Origin: Bacteroidaceae bacterium
GTDB lineage: Bacteria > Bacteroidota > Bacteroidia > Bacteroidales > Bacteroidaceae
DNA length: 64,000 nt
Reading direction: 5' to 3'
NCBI GenBank assembly: GCA_017933995.1
Contig: JAGBKI010000022.1
Location: forward strand, 1,746 to 65,745
The position numbers and the translations under genes are program-made. The notes below the pieces were generated by a model. The model made no database searches and was not told the DNA's origin. It was given only the letters and a program-made list of their open reading frames with translations. This document shows, piece by piece, positions 51,373 to 60,472 of this stretch. Every line of letters begins with the position of its first letter. Position 1 is the first letter of the stretch.

Positions 51373-53838
51373 ATGAACATCTCATACAACTGGCTTAAGG
51401 AATACGTGGTCTGCCCGCTGACAGCCGAGGAGGCCGCCGCCGCGCTGACCAGCATCGGCCTCGAAGTGGGTGGAGTGGAGGAGGCCGAGAGCATACGTGG
51501 CGGGCTTCGCGGCCTCGTGGTGGGACACGTCCTCACCTGCGAACCCCACCCCGACAGCGACCATATGCACGTCTGCACCGTCGACCTCGGCACGGGCCAG
51601 CCCGCGCAGATTGTCTGCGGCGCGCCCAACGTGGCCGCCGGGCAGAAAGTCATCGTGGCCACGCTCGGCACCAAACTCTACGACGGTGACAAAGAGTTCA
51701 CCATCAAGAAGTCGAAACTGCGCGGTGTGGAGAGCTGCGGCATGATATGCGCCGAGGACGAAATCGGCGTCGGCACCAGCCACGACGGCATTATGGTGCT
51801 GCCCCAGGACACCCCCGTGGGACAGCCCGCCGCCGAATACTTCAACCTGGAGAGCGACTATATCCTCGAAGTGGACATCACGCCCAACCGTGCCGACGCC
51901 TGCTCGCACTACGGCGTGGCGCGCGACCTCTACGCCTACCTCGTGCAGCACGGCTACGATACCGAGCTGCACCGCCCCTCCGTGGACGGTTTCGCTCCCG
52001 ACATCCACGCTCTCGACATCCCCGTGCGCATCGAAAACGCCGAAGCCTGCCCGCGCTACGCCGCCGTGACCCTCACGGGATGCGACGTCAAGGAAAGCCC
52101 CGACTGGCTCAAGCGCAAACTCACCGCCATCGGCCTGCGCCCCATCAACAACATCGTCGACGTGACCAACTACATCATGATGGCCTACGGCCAGCCCCTC
52201 CACTGCTTCGACGCCGACATGATTGAGGGCGGCGAGGTCGTAGTGCGCACGCTGCCCGAGGGTACGCCTTTCGTGACGCTCGACGGCGAGGAACACAATC
52301 TCTCCGAGCGCGACCTGGCCATCTGCAACGCCAACGCCCCGATGTGCATAGCGGGCGTCTTCGGCGGCAAGGGTTCCGGCACCTACGACACCACGCGCAA
52401 CGTCCTCCTGGAGAGTGCCTACTTCCACCCCACGTGGATACGCAAGAGCGCGCGCCGCCACGGCCTCAGTACCGACGCTTCGTTCCGCTTCGAGCGCGGC
52501 ATTGACCCCGACGGACAGGTCTACGCCCTCAAGGCCGCTGCCCTACTCATCAAGGAACTGGCGGGCGGGCAGATTGCCATGGACGTGCGCGACGTCGTGG
52601 CGCGCGAACTGCCCAAGACGTTCCGCGTGACGCTGGGCTACAAGTATCTGGCCGACCTGGCCGGCAAGGACATCCCCGCCGCCACCGTCAAGCGCATCGC
52701 CCAAAGCCTGGAGATGCAGGTGGTCGAGGAGACCGCCGACGCCCTGGTACTCGACGTGCCTGCCTACCGTGTGGACGTACAGCGCCCCTGCGATGTGGCC
52801 GAAGATATCCTGCGCATCTATGGCTACAACAACATCGAGATACCCACCAGTGTCAAGTCGTCGCTCACCGTAGAGACCGCCACCGACCGCTCTTACCGCC
52901 TGCAGCAGCTCGTCAGCGAACAGCTCGTCGGCGCGGGCTATCGCGAGATAATGAACAACTCGCTCACCCGCGAGGCATACTACGCCGACCTCAAGAGCCT
53001 GCCCGCCGACGGCCTGGTGCGCGTGCTCAACCCGCTTAGCAGCGACCTCGGCGTGATGCGCCGCACACTGCTTTTCGGCGGACTGGAGAGTCTGCGCCGC
53101 AACGTGAACCGCAAGGAGCAGAACCTCGCCTTCTTCGAGTTCGGCAACGTCTACCACTACGCCGCCGACCGTCGCAACCCCGAGCGTGCCCTCGCCCCCT
53201 ACAGCGAGAGCCTGCACCTGGGGCTTTGGCTCACCGGCAAGCGCGTCGAGGGCAGCTGGGCGCACCCCGACGAGGACACCACTGTCTTCCAGCTCAAAGC
53301 CGCCGTGCGCAACATCCTCTGCCGCCTCGGCGTGCCCCTCAAGGCATACGTCACCGAGGTCGGCACCAGCGACCTCTTCAGCAAGTCGCTCGCCGTGCGC
53401 GAACGCAGCGGGCGCACCGTCATCGAACTGGGCATCGTGGCTAAAGCCGTCACCGCGCCGTTCGCCCTGTCGCAGCCTGTATACTTCGCCGAACTGGACT
53501 GGGCGCAGCTGATGCGGGCCGCCGAGCGCGCCAAACTCTCGTTCACCGAACTGACCAAGTATCCCGCCGTCAGCCGCGACCTCGCCCTGCTTGTCGACAA
53601 GGGCGTCACCTTCGCCCAGATTGAGGACATCGCCCGCCGCACGGAGAAGAAACTCCTGCGCAGCGTGACGCTCTTCGACGTCTACGAGGGCAAGAACCTC
53701 CCCGCCGGCAAGAAGAGCTACGCCGTCAACTTCCGCCTGCAAGACCCCGACAAGACGATGAACGACCGCCAGACCGACGCCATCATGCAGAAAATCATCC
53801 AAAACCTCAAAACGCAGATTGGCGCAGAATTACGTTAG
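51373..53838 (+). CDS. pheT: Phenylalanine--tRNA ligase beta subunit
   Basis: MNISYNWL, IVCGAPNV, ITPNRAD, ASFRFERG and C-terminal RDLALLV..LFDVY. Confidence 0.98.
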   Translation: MNISYNWLKEYVVCPLTAEEAAAALTSIGLEVGGVEEAESIRGGLRGLVVGHVLTCEPHPDSDHMHVCTVDLGTGQPAQIVCGAPNVAAGQKVIVATLGTKLYDGDKEFTIKKSKLRGVESCGMICAEDEIGVGTSHDGIMVLPQDTPVGQPAAEYFNLESDYILEVDITPNRADACSHYGVARDLYAYLVQHGYDTELHRPSVDGFAPDIHALDIPVRIENAEACPRYAAVTLTGCDVKESPDWLKRKLTAIGLRPINNIVDVTNYIMMAYGQPLHCFDADMIEGGEVVVRTLPEGTPFVTLDGEEHNLSERDLAICNANAPMCIAGVFGGKGSGTYDTTRNVLLESAYFHPTWIRKSARRHGLSTDASFRFERGIDPDGQVYALKAAALLIKELAGGQIAMDVRDVVARELPKTFRVTLGYKYLADLAGKDIPAATVKRIAQSLEMQVVEETADALVLDVPAYRVDVQRPCDVAEDILRIYGYNNIEIPTSVKSSLTVETATDRSYRLQQLVSEQLVGAGYREIMNNSLTREAYYADLKSLPADGLVRVLNPLSSDLGVMRRTLLFGGLESLRRNVNRKEQNLAFFEFGNVYHYAADRRNPERALAPYSESLHLGLWLTGKRVEGSWAHPDEDTTVFQLKAAVRNILCRLGVPLKAYVTEVGTSDLFSKSLAVRERSGRTVIELGIVAKAVTAPFALSQPVYFAELDWAQLMRAAERAKLSFTELTKYPAVSRDLALLVDKGVTFAQIEDIARRTEKKLLRSVTLFDVYEGKNLPAGKKSYAVNFRLQDPDKTMNDRQTDAIMQKIIQNLKTQIGAELR

Positions 53839-53933
53839 AAACGTGTACGGGCCGTGCCTTTCGTGAACCCACGCCCGGCATCACAAACTCAACTTTTAAC
53901 TATTACCTTTTAATTATAAACAGACCAACACCA

Positions 53934-54659
53934 ATGGGAAGAGCATTTGAATACCGCAAAGCCAGCAAACTGAAGCGCTGGGGCCACATGGCCAAAACCT
54001 TCACCCGTATCGGCAAACAGATAGCCATCGCCGTCAAGGCGGGCGGTCCCGAGCCGGAAAACAACCCCTCGCTGCGCGCCATCATCGCCACCGCCAAGCG
54101 CGAGAATATGCCCAAGGACAACATCGAGCGCGCCATCAAGAACGCTATGGGCAAGGACCAGAGCGACTACAAGACCATGACCTACGAGGGCTACGGCCCC
54201 CACGGCATTGCCGTCTTCGTCGACACCCTCACCGACAACCCCACACGCACTGTCGGCGACGTCCGCTCCATCTTCAACAAGTTCAACGGCAATCTCGGCA
54301 CGATGGGCAGCCTCGCCTTCCTCTTCGACCACAAGTGCGTCTTCACCTTCAAGAAGAAGGACGGCATCGACATGGACGAACTCATCCTTGACCTCATCGA
54401 CTACGGCGTCGAGGACGAGTACGATGAAGACACCGAGGAGGGCACCCTCACCATCTACGGCGACCCCAAGAGCTACGGCGACATACAGCGCCACCTGGAG
54501 GACATCGGTTTCGAGGAAGTGGGCGGCGAGTTCACCTACATCCCCAACGACCTCAAGGACGTCACCCCCGAGCAGCGCGAGACCATCGACAAGATGATCG
54601 AGAAACTCGAAGACTTCGACGACGTGCAGACCGTCTACACCAACATGAAGCCCGAATGA
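53934..54659 (+). CDS. yebC: YebC/PmpR family protein
   Basis: MGRAFEYRK, YEGYGPHG, TDNPTRT and DDVQTVYTN motifs. Confidence 0.93.
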   Translation: MGRAFEYRKASKLKRWGHMAKTFTRIGKQIAIAVKAGGPEPENNPSLRAIIATAKRENMPKDNIERAIKNAMGKDQSDYKTMTYEGYGPHGIAVFVDTLTDNPTRTVGDVRSIFNKFNGNLGTMGSLAFLFDHKCVFTFKKKDGIDMDELILDLIDYGVEDEYDEDTEEGTLTIYGDPKSYGDIQRHLEDIGFEEVGGEFTYIPNDLKDVTPEQRETIDKMIEKLEDFDDVQTVYTNMKPE

Positions 54660-54907
54660 GGACGCTCGACTACCAGACCTCCGGCACTTGCAGCCGCGCC
54701 ATCCACATCACGCTCACCGACGACGACCGCCTGGAGAGTGTCACATTCGACGGCGGCTGCCACGGCAACCTACAGGGCATCGGCGCCCTGGTGCACGGCA
54801 TGAAGCGCGCCGACGTCATCGCCCGCCTGCGCGGCATTGACTGCAAGGCACGCGGCACCAGTTGCCCCGACCAGTTGGCCCGCGCCCTGGAAAGTGCTGT
54901 AGGATAA
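54656..54907 (+). CDS. TIGR03905-type TSCPD domain protein
   Basis: GTCS, GGCHGN and GIDC..TSCPDQL motifs; ATGA overlap with yebC. Confidence 0.88.
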   Translation: MRTLDYQTSGTCSRAIHITLTDDDRLESVTFDGGCHGNLQGIGALVHGMKRADVIARLRGIDCKARGTSCPDQLARALESAVG

Positions 54908-54970
54908 CAACGAGCCTTTCTCCCACACCAACAAAACCGTGTCCTGCCGCTGTGGGACACAGCCCCCGTC

Positions 54971-55014
54971 AAAACGCGTGGCTTTTGATTTTGGAATCAA
55001 AAGCCACGCGTTTT
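54971..55014. terminator. 20-bp perfect hairpin closing the pheT-yebC operon
   Basis: aaaacgcgtggcttttgatt-ttgg-aatcaaaagccacgcgtttt. Confidence 0.8.
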
Positions 55015-55134
55015 ACTGCATCCCCCACAACACTTCCAAGGAAAGTTTTACCAAACCCGCCAAAAGCAATAAGAAACTATCAAAAAAAAAAACAAAAACA
55101 ACGTGAAAACGTTCGCGCATCTATGGGAAAAGCA

Positions 55135-55142
55135 TACCTTTG
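55135..55142 (+). promoter_or_regulatory. -7 promoter element upstream of the lipoprotein array
   Basis: TACCTTTG; an A11 tract lies upstream at 55082-55092. Confidence 0.6.
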
Positions 55143-55351
55143 CCGCCAAAGGAAATAACTCCAATGGCATAACATATCCCGACACAAAAAGAAGCGTCGC
55201 GGAAATATACGCAAAGTACTGCTGCGTCACCAGACGGGCATATAACCTTTCCACGTCCACTTCCTATCGTATCGGGCTTCGCCTCACCCTATCTGGCACG
55301 AAATAAAAATCTCAGGCTTAATGGACAAATCTCACTTAAAAAACTAAAACA

Positions 55352-56269
55352 ATGAAACTGACGAATTTCCTTTCCCGCGCGCTGCTGTTGGCAGGCGTGG
55401 CAGTGTTCAGCCTCACGTTCGCCGCCTGTGGCGGTTCGGACGATGACGACCCCACACCCGACACTCCCACCTGGGACCCCACCACCGAGACGCGCCCCGA
55501 CGCCACCGCCCTCAGCGGACTGCTCAAAGGCAAAGACGGCAAGTACTACCTCATGACGAAATATGGAAGTAGAGAATACACCTACAACGGCCAGTGGATT
55601 GAGTACATCAACGACTACGAGTGGTCGCCCGGTAAGTTCACAAGCCCTACTGCGACCTATTCCTACACGCTTGACGGCAAAGGGCGCATCGAAACCCTCC
55701 GACTTCAAGAAAAGAATACAAGCGGTAGCACAGAATACGATTGGACTACTAAATTCACCTACAACGCCTACGGAGTGTCTTCTGCGACTCTCACAGGCAC
55801 GGAAAAGTACTATTGGTCTGACGGTCAACTCTATGAGACGGTCGACATTGACCAAACAACTACGTATACTTGGAAGGACGGTGATATAACCGAAGAAAAG
55901 ACTACAACGAAACGCACCTCGCACATACAAAGTACGGGATCAACGACATCTCGGACTTCAAACGTGGTTTATACATACACCTATTCTTCTGTAGAAAACA
56001 CCAGCGGCCAAATCTATCCAGCACTCTATCCACACTGGCTCATCGGTTCTTTCATGGCTGGCCTCTCGTCCACAAAGCACGAACTGGCCAGTTATGTGAG
56101 AAAACAACTCGATCGCCCCGACGACAAAGACTTAAATTATACCACCAATTATGAGTGGACCTACAACAATGCCGGGTTGATTTCAGAGATGAAATACACC
56201 ACCAACGAGTCTGGCAAGATCAATACGAATATTGTTAAGTATGGCTACACCGAGTACACGAAGAAGTAA
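55352..56269 (+). CDS. Surface lipoprotein with a Thr/Tyr-rich beta domain (possibly DUF4595-like)
   Basis: Lipobox FAAC followed by GGSDDDD, an acidic export-like signal; YxY-type beta strands. Confidence 0.75.
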   Translation: MKLTNFLSRALLLAGVAVFSLTFAACGGSDDDDPTPDTPTWDPTTETRPDATALSGLLKGKDGKYYLMTKYGSREYTYNGQWIEYINDYEWSPGKFTSPTATYSYTLDGKGRIETLRLQEKNTSGSTEYDWTTKFTYNAYGVSSATLTGTEKYYWSDGQLYETVDIDQTTTYTWKDGDITEEKTTTKRTSHIQSTGSTTSRTSNVVYTYTYSSVENTSGQIYPALYPHWLIGSFMAGLSSTKHELASYVRKQLDRPDDKDLNYTTNYEWTYNNAGLISEMKYTTNESGKINTNIVKYGYTEYTKK

Positions 56270-56284
56270 CCCGTGTGCCGTAGC

Positions 56285-56341
56285 CTAAACCCCAATCGGT
56301 CTTCAGAAGCACCATTCTGCAAGACCGATTGGAGGTTTTAG
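56285..56341. terminator. Imperfect hairpin after the first lipoprotein gene
   Basis: ccaatcggtctt..aagaccgattgg core stem. Confidence 0.55.
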
Positions 56342-56394
56342 TGGAATATAAAGACGGTAACAGCGTGCAGCCCCAGCGATAGGAACGTAGTAAC

Positions 56395-56633
56395 GACGCT
56401 GAAAGCGTCGCCCCTTCTGTAACCGCAGGTTCGCGAAATGAAATGGAACGAACCTGCGGCTGACGGAACACTATTGATGCACGCTGAAAGCGTGCCCCAC
56501 CTGCGTTATAAGTTACTTCTGCCCGTCGTGGGGGACGCTTCCAGCGTCCATCACATCATCCGCAGTTGCCGCAGGTGCGCTTCATTTCATTCCGCGCACC
56601 CGCGGTTACAGAGGGGGAGACGCTTCCAGCGTC
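56395..56633. repeat. ~240-bp nested palindromic element (REPIN-like), copy A
   Basis: Two inverted arms, each with GACGCTG(A/G)AAGCGTC-type hairpins around a CCGCAGGT..ACCTGCGG-type hairpin. Confidence 0.85.
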
Positions 56634-56713
56634 TATCACATAACGTTTTCTTGCGGCAAGCACTTCTATGAATCTCTACTAAATATTCACCCCCCCCAAT
56701 TCACCCTATCCTT

Positions 56714-57529
56714 ATGAAACCCACCCTTATCCCGCGCGTGCTGCTATTCGCCGCCGCAACCCTATTCACCCTGACATTCACCGCATGCGGCGGGTCGGAC
56801 GATGACGACACGCCCGCGCCGCTCACCACACCCGACCTCGCCGACGAGACGTTCACCATTGAGGGCGTGCAGTTCAAAATGGTGGGCGTCAAGGGCGGCA
56901 CGTTCCAGATGGGCAGCACCGACGGACTCGACGACGAAGTGCCCGTGCACAGCGTCTCCGTCTCCAGTTTCCGCATTGGCGAGACCGAGGTGACGCAGGA
57001 ACTGTGGACGGCAGTGATGGGCAAAGCCCCGGTGATAAGCGACGCCTTTTCCGTGGGCGACAAGAAACCCGCCGTCAGCGTCAGCTGGGACGAGTGCCAG
57101 ACGTTCATCAAGCAACTGAACGCCAAGACCGGTCGCACGTTCCGCCTGCCCACCGAGGCAGAGTGGGAGTTTGCGGCGCGTGGCGGCACGAAGAGCAAAG
57201 GCTACACCTACAGCGGTTCGAACATTGTGGGCAACGTAGCGTGGTACAGCGAGAACAGCGGCCTCCACGCACAGAAGGTGGCAGGCAAAGCCCCCAACGA
57301 ACTCGGCCTTTACGACATGAGCGGCAACGCCCGCGAGATGTGCCAGGACTGGTACGGCCCCTATAGCGCCGACGCGCAGGTCAACCCCACAGGCCCCAAA
57401 AAAGGTTCTTACCGCGTGGTGCGCGGCGGCGGCCATGCCAGCGAAGCCGCCAGCAGCCGCACCACCCTCCGCAGCTACGCCCCGACAACCTCAAAGAACA
57501 TCGAAACCGGGTTGCGACTGGCGATGTAG
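56714..57529 (+). CDS. FGE-sulfatase (SUMF1/C-type-lectin fold) lipoprotein, copy 1
   Basis: Lipobox FTAC-GGSDDDD; GGTFQMG, TEVTQ, RLPTEAEWEFAARGG, NELGLYDMSGN and RGG..GLRLA. Confidence 0.9.
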   Translation: MKPTLIPRVLLFAAATLFTLTFTACGGSDDDDTPAPLTTPDLADETFTIEGVQFKMVGVKGGTFQMGSTDGLDDEVPVHSVSVSSFRIGETEVTQELWTAVMGKAPVISDAFSVGDKKPAVSVSWDECQTFIKQLNAKTGRTFRLPTEAEWEFAARGGTKSKGYTYSGSNIVGNVAWYSENSGLHAQKVAGKAPNELGLYDMSGNAREMCQDWYGPYSADAQVNPTGPKKGSYRVVRGGGHASEAASSRTTLRSYAPTTSKNIETGLRLAM

Positions 57530-57575
57530 GATCTTCGCGTAGTGCGGCCGTAACCTTGGCGGGGGGCGGTATATC

Positions 57576-57815
57576 GACGCTGAAAGCGTCGCCCCCTCTG
57601 TAACCGCCGGTTCGCGAAGTGGAACGGAGCGAACCTGCGGCTGATGACACACCACCGAATGCACGCTGAAAGCGTGCCCCACCTGTGCTATAAGTTACTT
57701 CCGCCCTTCGTGGGGGACACTTCCAGCGTCCGCTGCACCATCTATCGCTGCCGCAGGTGCGCTCCATTTCATTACGCGTACCTGCGGTTACAGAAAGGGA
57801 GACGCTTCCAGCGTC
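57576..57815. repeat. ~240-bp nested palindromic element, copy B
   Basis: Same stems and same orientation as copy A, with divergent linker sequences. Confidence 0.85.
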
Positions 57816-57892
57816 TATCGCGTACCGATTAAACTTTAGTTCGTTGTAAATGCCAATATAAAATACTACACAAACCTACAAAACCTACAATT

Positions 57893-58708
57893 ATGAAACC
57901 CACTCTTTTCCCCCGCGTGCTGTTATTCGCCGCCGCAACCGTATTTACCTTCACATTCACCGCTTGCGGCGGGTCGGACGACGACGACACGCCCGTGACA
58001 CCCGTCCCGGAACCCGAACCCGAGCCAGAACTGCAGGACGAGACGTACACCGTCGGTGGCGTGCAGTTCAAGATGGTGGCCGTCACGGGCGGCACATTCC
58101 TGATGGGCAACACATCGGGCGATAGCGACGAAAAGCCCCTCCACAGCGTGACGCTCTCCGACTACCACATCGGCCAGACCGAGGTGACGCAGGCGTTGTG
58201 GCAGGCTGTCACTGGCAGCAACCCTGCCTATTTTGTAGACGCCAGCAAACCTGTGGAGCGTGTCAGCTGGAACGAATGCCAAGAGTTCATCACCAAGCTC
58301 AACCAACTCACCGGCAAGACTTTCCGTCTGCCCACCGAGGCCGAGTGGGAGTTCGCGGCTCGCGGAGGTTTGAAGTCACGTGGTTACGTCTACAGCGGGT
58401 CCAACGAGATTGACAACGTGGCGTGGTACAAGAACAACAGTTCCTCGCAGACGCACAAGGTGGCGACCAAGGCACCAAACGAACTCGGCCTTTACGACAT
58501 GAGCGGCAACGTGTGGGAATGGTGCGCCGACTGGTACGGCACCTACAGCCACGAGGCGCAGACCGACCCCACAGGTCCCGATACGGGCGTGCGCCGCGTG
58601 CTCCGTGGCGGCAGCTGGGGCTATGACGACACAAGCGTCACCTACCGCTACTACAGCCTGCCCACGGAATCCAAGAACATCAACTACGGCCTCCGCCTCG
58701 CACTGTAA
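57893..58708 (+). CDS. FGE-sulfatase (C-type-lectin fold) lipoprotein, copy 2
   Basis: Same leader; PEPEPE linker; RLPTEAEWEFAARGG, DMSGNVWEWC and RVLRGGSW. Confidence 0.9.
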   Translation: MKPTLFPRVLLFAAATVFTFTFTACGGSDDDDTPVTPVPEPEPEPELQDETYTVGGVQFKMVAVTGGTFLMGNTSGDSDEKPLHSVTLSDYHIGQTEVTQALWQAVTGSNPAYFVDASKPVERVSWNECQEFITKLNQLTGKTFRLPTEAEWEFAARGGLKSRGYVYSGSNEIDNVAWYKNNSSSQTHKVATKAPNELGLYDMSGNVWEWCADWYGTYSHEAQTDPTGPDTGVRRVLRGGSWGYDDTSVTYRYYSLPTESKNINYGLRLAL

Positions 58709-58834
58709 GTTCGTCGCGCAGCCGTAACCCAAGTGAGGTTATGGCTTCGCGTAGAACCGACGATTTTTCGGCAAACCCTTTGTCTGATAGTAGGTATTGC
58801 CTACTTTTGTCTGCGCGTAACCTATTGAAAGTCT

Positions 58835-59137
58835 ATGCAATCGTCCCAACACTACATCCATATCCTGCGCCAGCGCGAGGCCGACCTGCGCTCGCGCTTC
58901 GGCATCACGTCCATGCGGCTCTTTGGCTCCGTGGCACGTGGCGATGCTCGTGAGGGCAGTGACGTGGACTTGTTTGTCTCTATGCCGCCGCATTTCTATA
59001 CACACATAGCGGCGGCACAATACATTGAAGACTTGCTGGGCTGCGGCGTAGACCTCGTGGCTGACCACAAGAACATGCGCCCTTTCTTCCGCAAACAAAT
59101 TGAAAAAGATGGTATCCAAGTCTTTCCCGCAACGTGA
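58835..59137 (+). CDS. Minimal nucleotidyltransferase antitoxin (MntA-like)
   Basis: LFGSVARGDAREGSDVD (GSx10DxD); 100 aa; -7 motif at 58802-58809. Confidence 0.88.
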   Translation: MQSSQHYIHILRQREADLRSRFGITSMRLFGSVARGDAREGSDVDLFVSMPPHFYTHIAAAQYIEDLLGCGVDLVADHKNMRPFFRKQIEKDGIQVFPAT

Positions 59138-59504
59138 AATAGTGCGTGACATTCTGGAGCAAATCCTCGGCGCAATTGACAACCTCCAAACGTGGAACGC
59201 TTCGCTGTCCGATGTGGACGAACTGCTTTCCTCGCCTGAAGGCATGAAAACGCTCGCTGCCGATTGTATGTTGATAGAAGCAATAGGCGAGGGGTTCAAA
59301 AAGATAGACCATAAAACCGACGGCAAACTGCTTTCGTGCCGCCCTGAAATCCCTTGGCGACAAGTCATCGGTATGCGCGACCACATAGCACACGGCTATT
59401 TTGACATCAACATCGACTATGTTTGGGATGTCCTGCAAAACGACCTCGTCCCACTGCGCGCGGCCACAGAATACTTCCTTGAACATTTGGAAGAGTTGTT
59501 ATAA
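59109..59504 (+). CDS. HEPN (DUF86/HepT-like) RNase toxin
   Basis: IGE..K, IPWR and MRDHIAHGY (Rx4HxY) motifs; overlaps the MNT gene. Confidence 0.88.
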   Translation: MVSKSFPQREIVRDILEQILGAIDNLQTWNASLSDVDELLSSPEGMKTLAADCMLIEAIGEGFKKIDHKTDGKLLSCRPEIPWRQVIGMRDHIAHGYFDINIDYVWDVLQNDLVPLRAATEYFLEHLEELL

Positions 59505-59535
59505 CATTTACTCCACTCACCCAAAAACCATAACT

Positions 59536-60362
59536 ATGAAACCCACCCTTTTCCCCGCGCACTGCTATTCGCCGCCGCAACTGTATTTACGCTGACATTC
59601 ATCGCCTGCGGGTCGGACGATGACGACAAACCTGCACCTTCGCTTTCCACGCCCGACCTCGACGACGAGACGTTCACCATCAAGAGCGTGCAGTTCAAGA
59701 TGGTAGGCGTCAAGGGCGGCACGTTCCAGATGGGCAGCACCGATGGCGAAGAAGACGAACAGCCCGTCCATACCGTCTCCCTCTCCAGCTACTGGATAGG
59801 CGAGACCGAGGTGACGCAAGCTCTTTGGGCTGCAGTGATGGGCGAGACCGCTTCTGCTACAACAGCCCAAAGGCCGCAATGTGAAAAAACGTGGGAAGAG
59901 GTTCAAGAGTTCTTGGAGAAACTTTCAGAGAAAACGGGCCTCAAGTTCCGCCTGCCCACCGAAGCCGAATGGGAATTCGCCGCACGCGGCGGCACAAAAA
60001 GCAAGAACTATATGTTCAGCGGCTCAAACGTAATTGGTGACGTGGCGTGGTACGAAGATAACAGTGGTTATGTTAAGGATTTCAGTAGTTATTCGCATGA
60101 TGTGGCTACCAAAACGTCCAACGAACTCGGCATCTACGATATGAGCGGCAATGTGTATGAGTTCTGCCAGGATTGGTACGGGCCTTATGGCAGCGCGTCG
60201 CAGGTCAATCCCACTGGGCCTGACACAGGCACAGACCGCGCTGTTCGGGGTGGTTACCATACCTCTCCTCCCAAGGGCTGCCGTACCACCATGCGATATA
60301 AGATTTCGCCAACAGGAAGCCACCAGCAAACCGGCTTCCGCCTCGCCCGCAGCATGAATTGA
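59536..60362 (+). pseudogene. FGE-sulfatase lipoprotein, copy 3, with a -1 frameshift in the signal peptide
   Basis: C4 at 59553-59556 versus C5 in copy 2; adding one C restores MKPTLFPRALLFAAATVFTLTFIACGSDDDD in frame with the 59688-60362 ORF. Confidence 0.8.
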
Positions 60363-60416
60363 CGGGCGCAACATACCGCACAGAAATCCCCTTACACCAC
60401 AAGGGACGACCTTTAC

Positions 60417-60457
60417 ACTGGTTTCTCGCCGCCGCTTCGCAGCGAGAAACCAGTTTT
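60417..60457 (+). terminator. Terminator at the end of the lipoprotein array
   Basis: actggtttctcgc / gcgagaaaccagt stem plus T residues. Confidence 0.6.
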
Positions 60458-60472
60458 CCGTTGCGAACGATG

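Noticed and set aside
55143-55351. ~210-nt leader as a riboswitch or small ORF
   Set aside because: No recognisable aptamer or convincing ORF by eye; an Rfam search would be needed
56395-56633. Palindromes as integron attC sites
   Set aside because: Too long, the internal ctgtaac/gttacag pair fits RYYYAAC/GTTRRRY poorly, and no integron integrase is present
55352-60362. Complete diversity-generating retroelement
   Set aside because: No reverse transcriptase, Avd-like gene or AAC-rich template repeat in the window; kept only as a hypothesis
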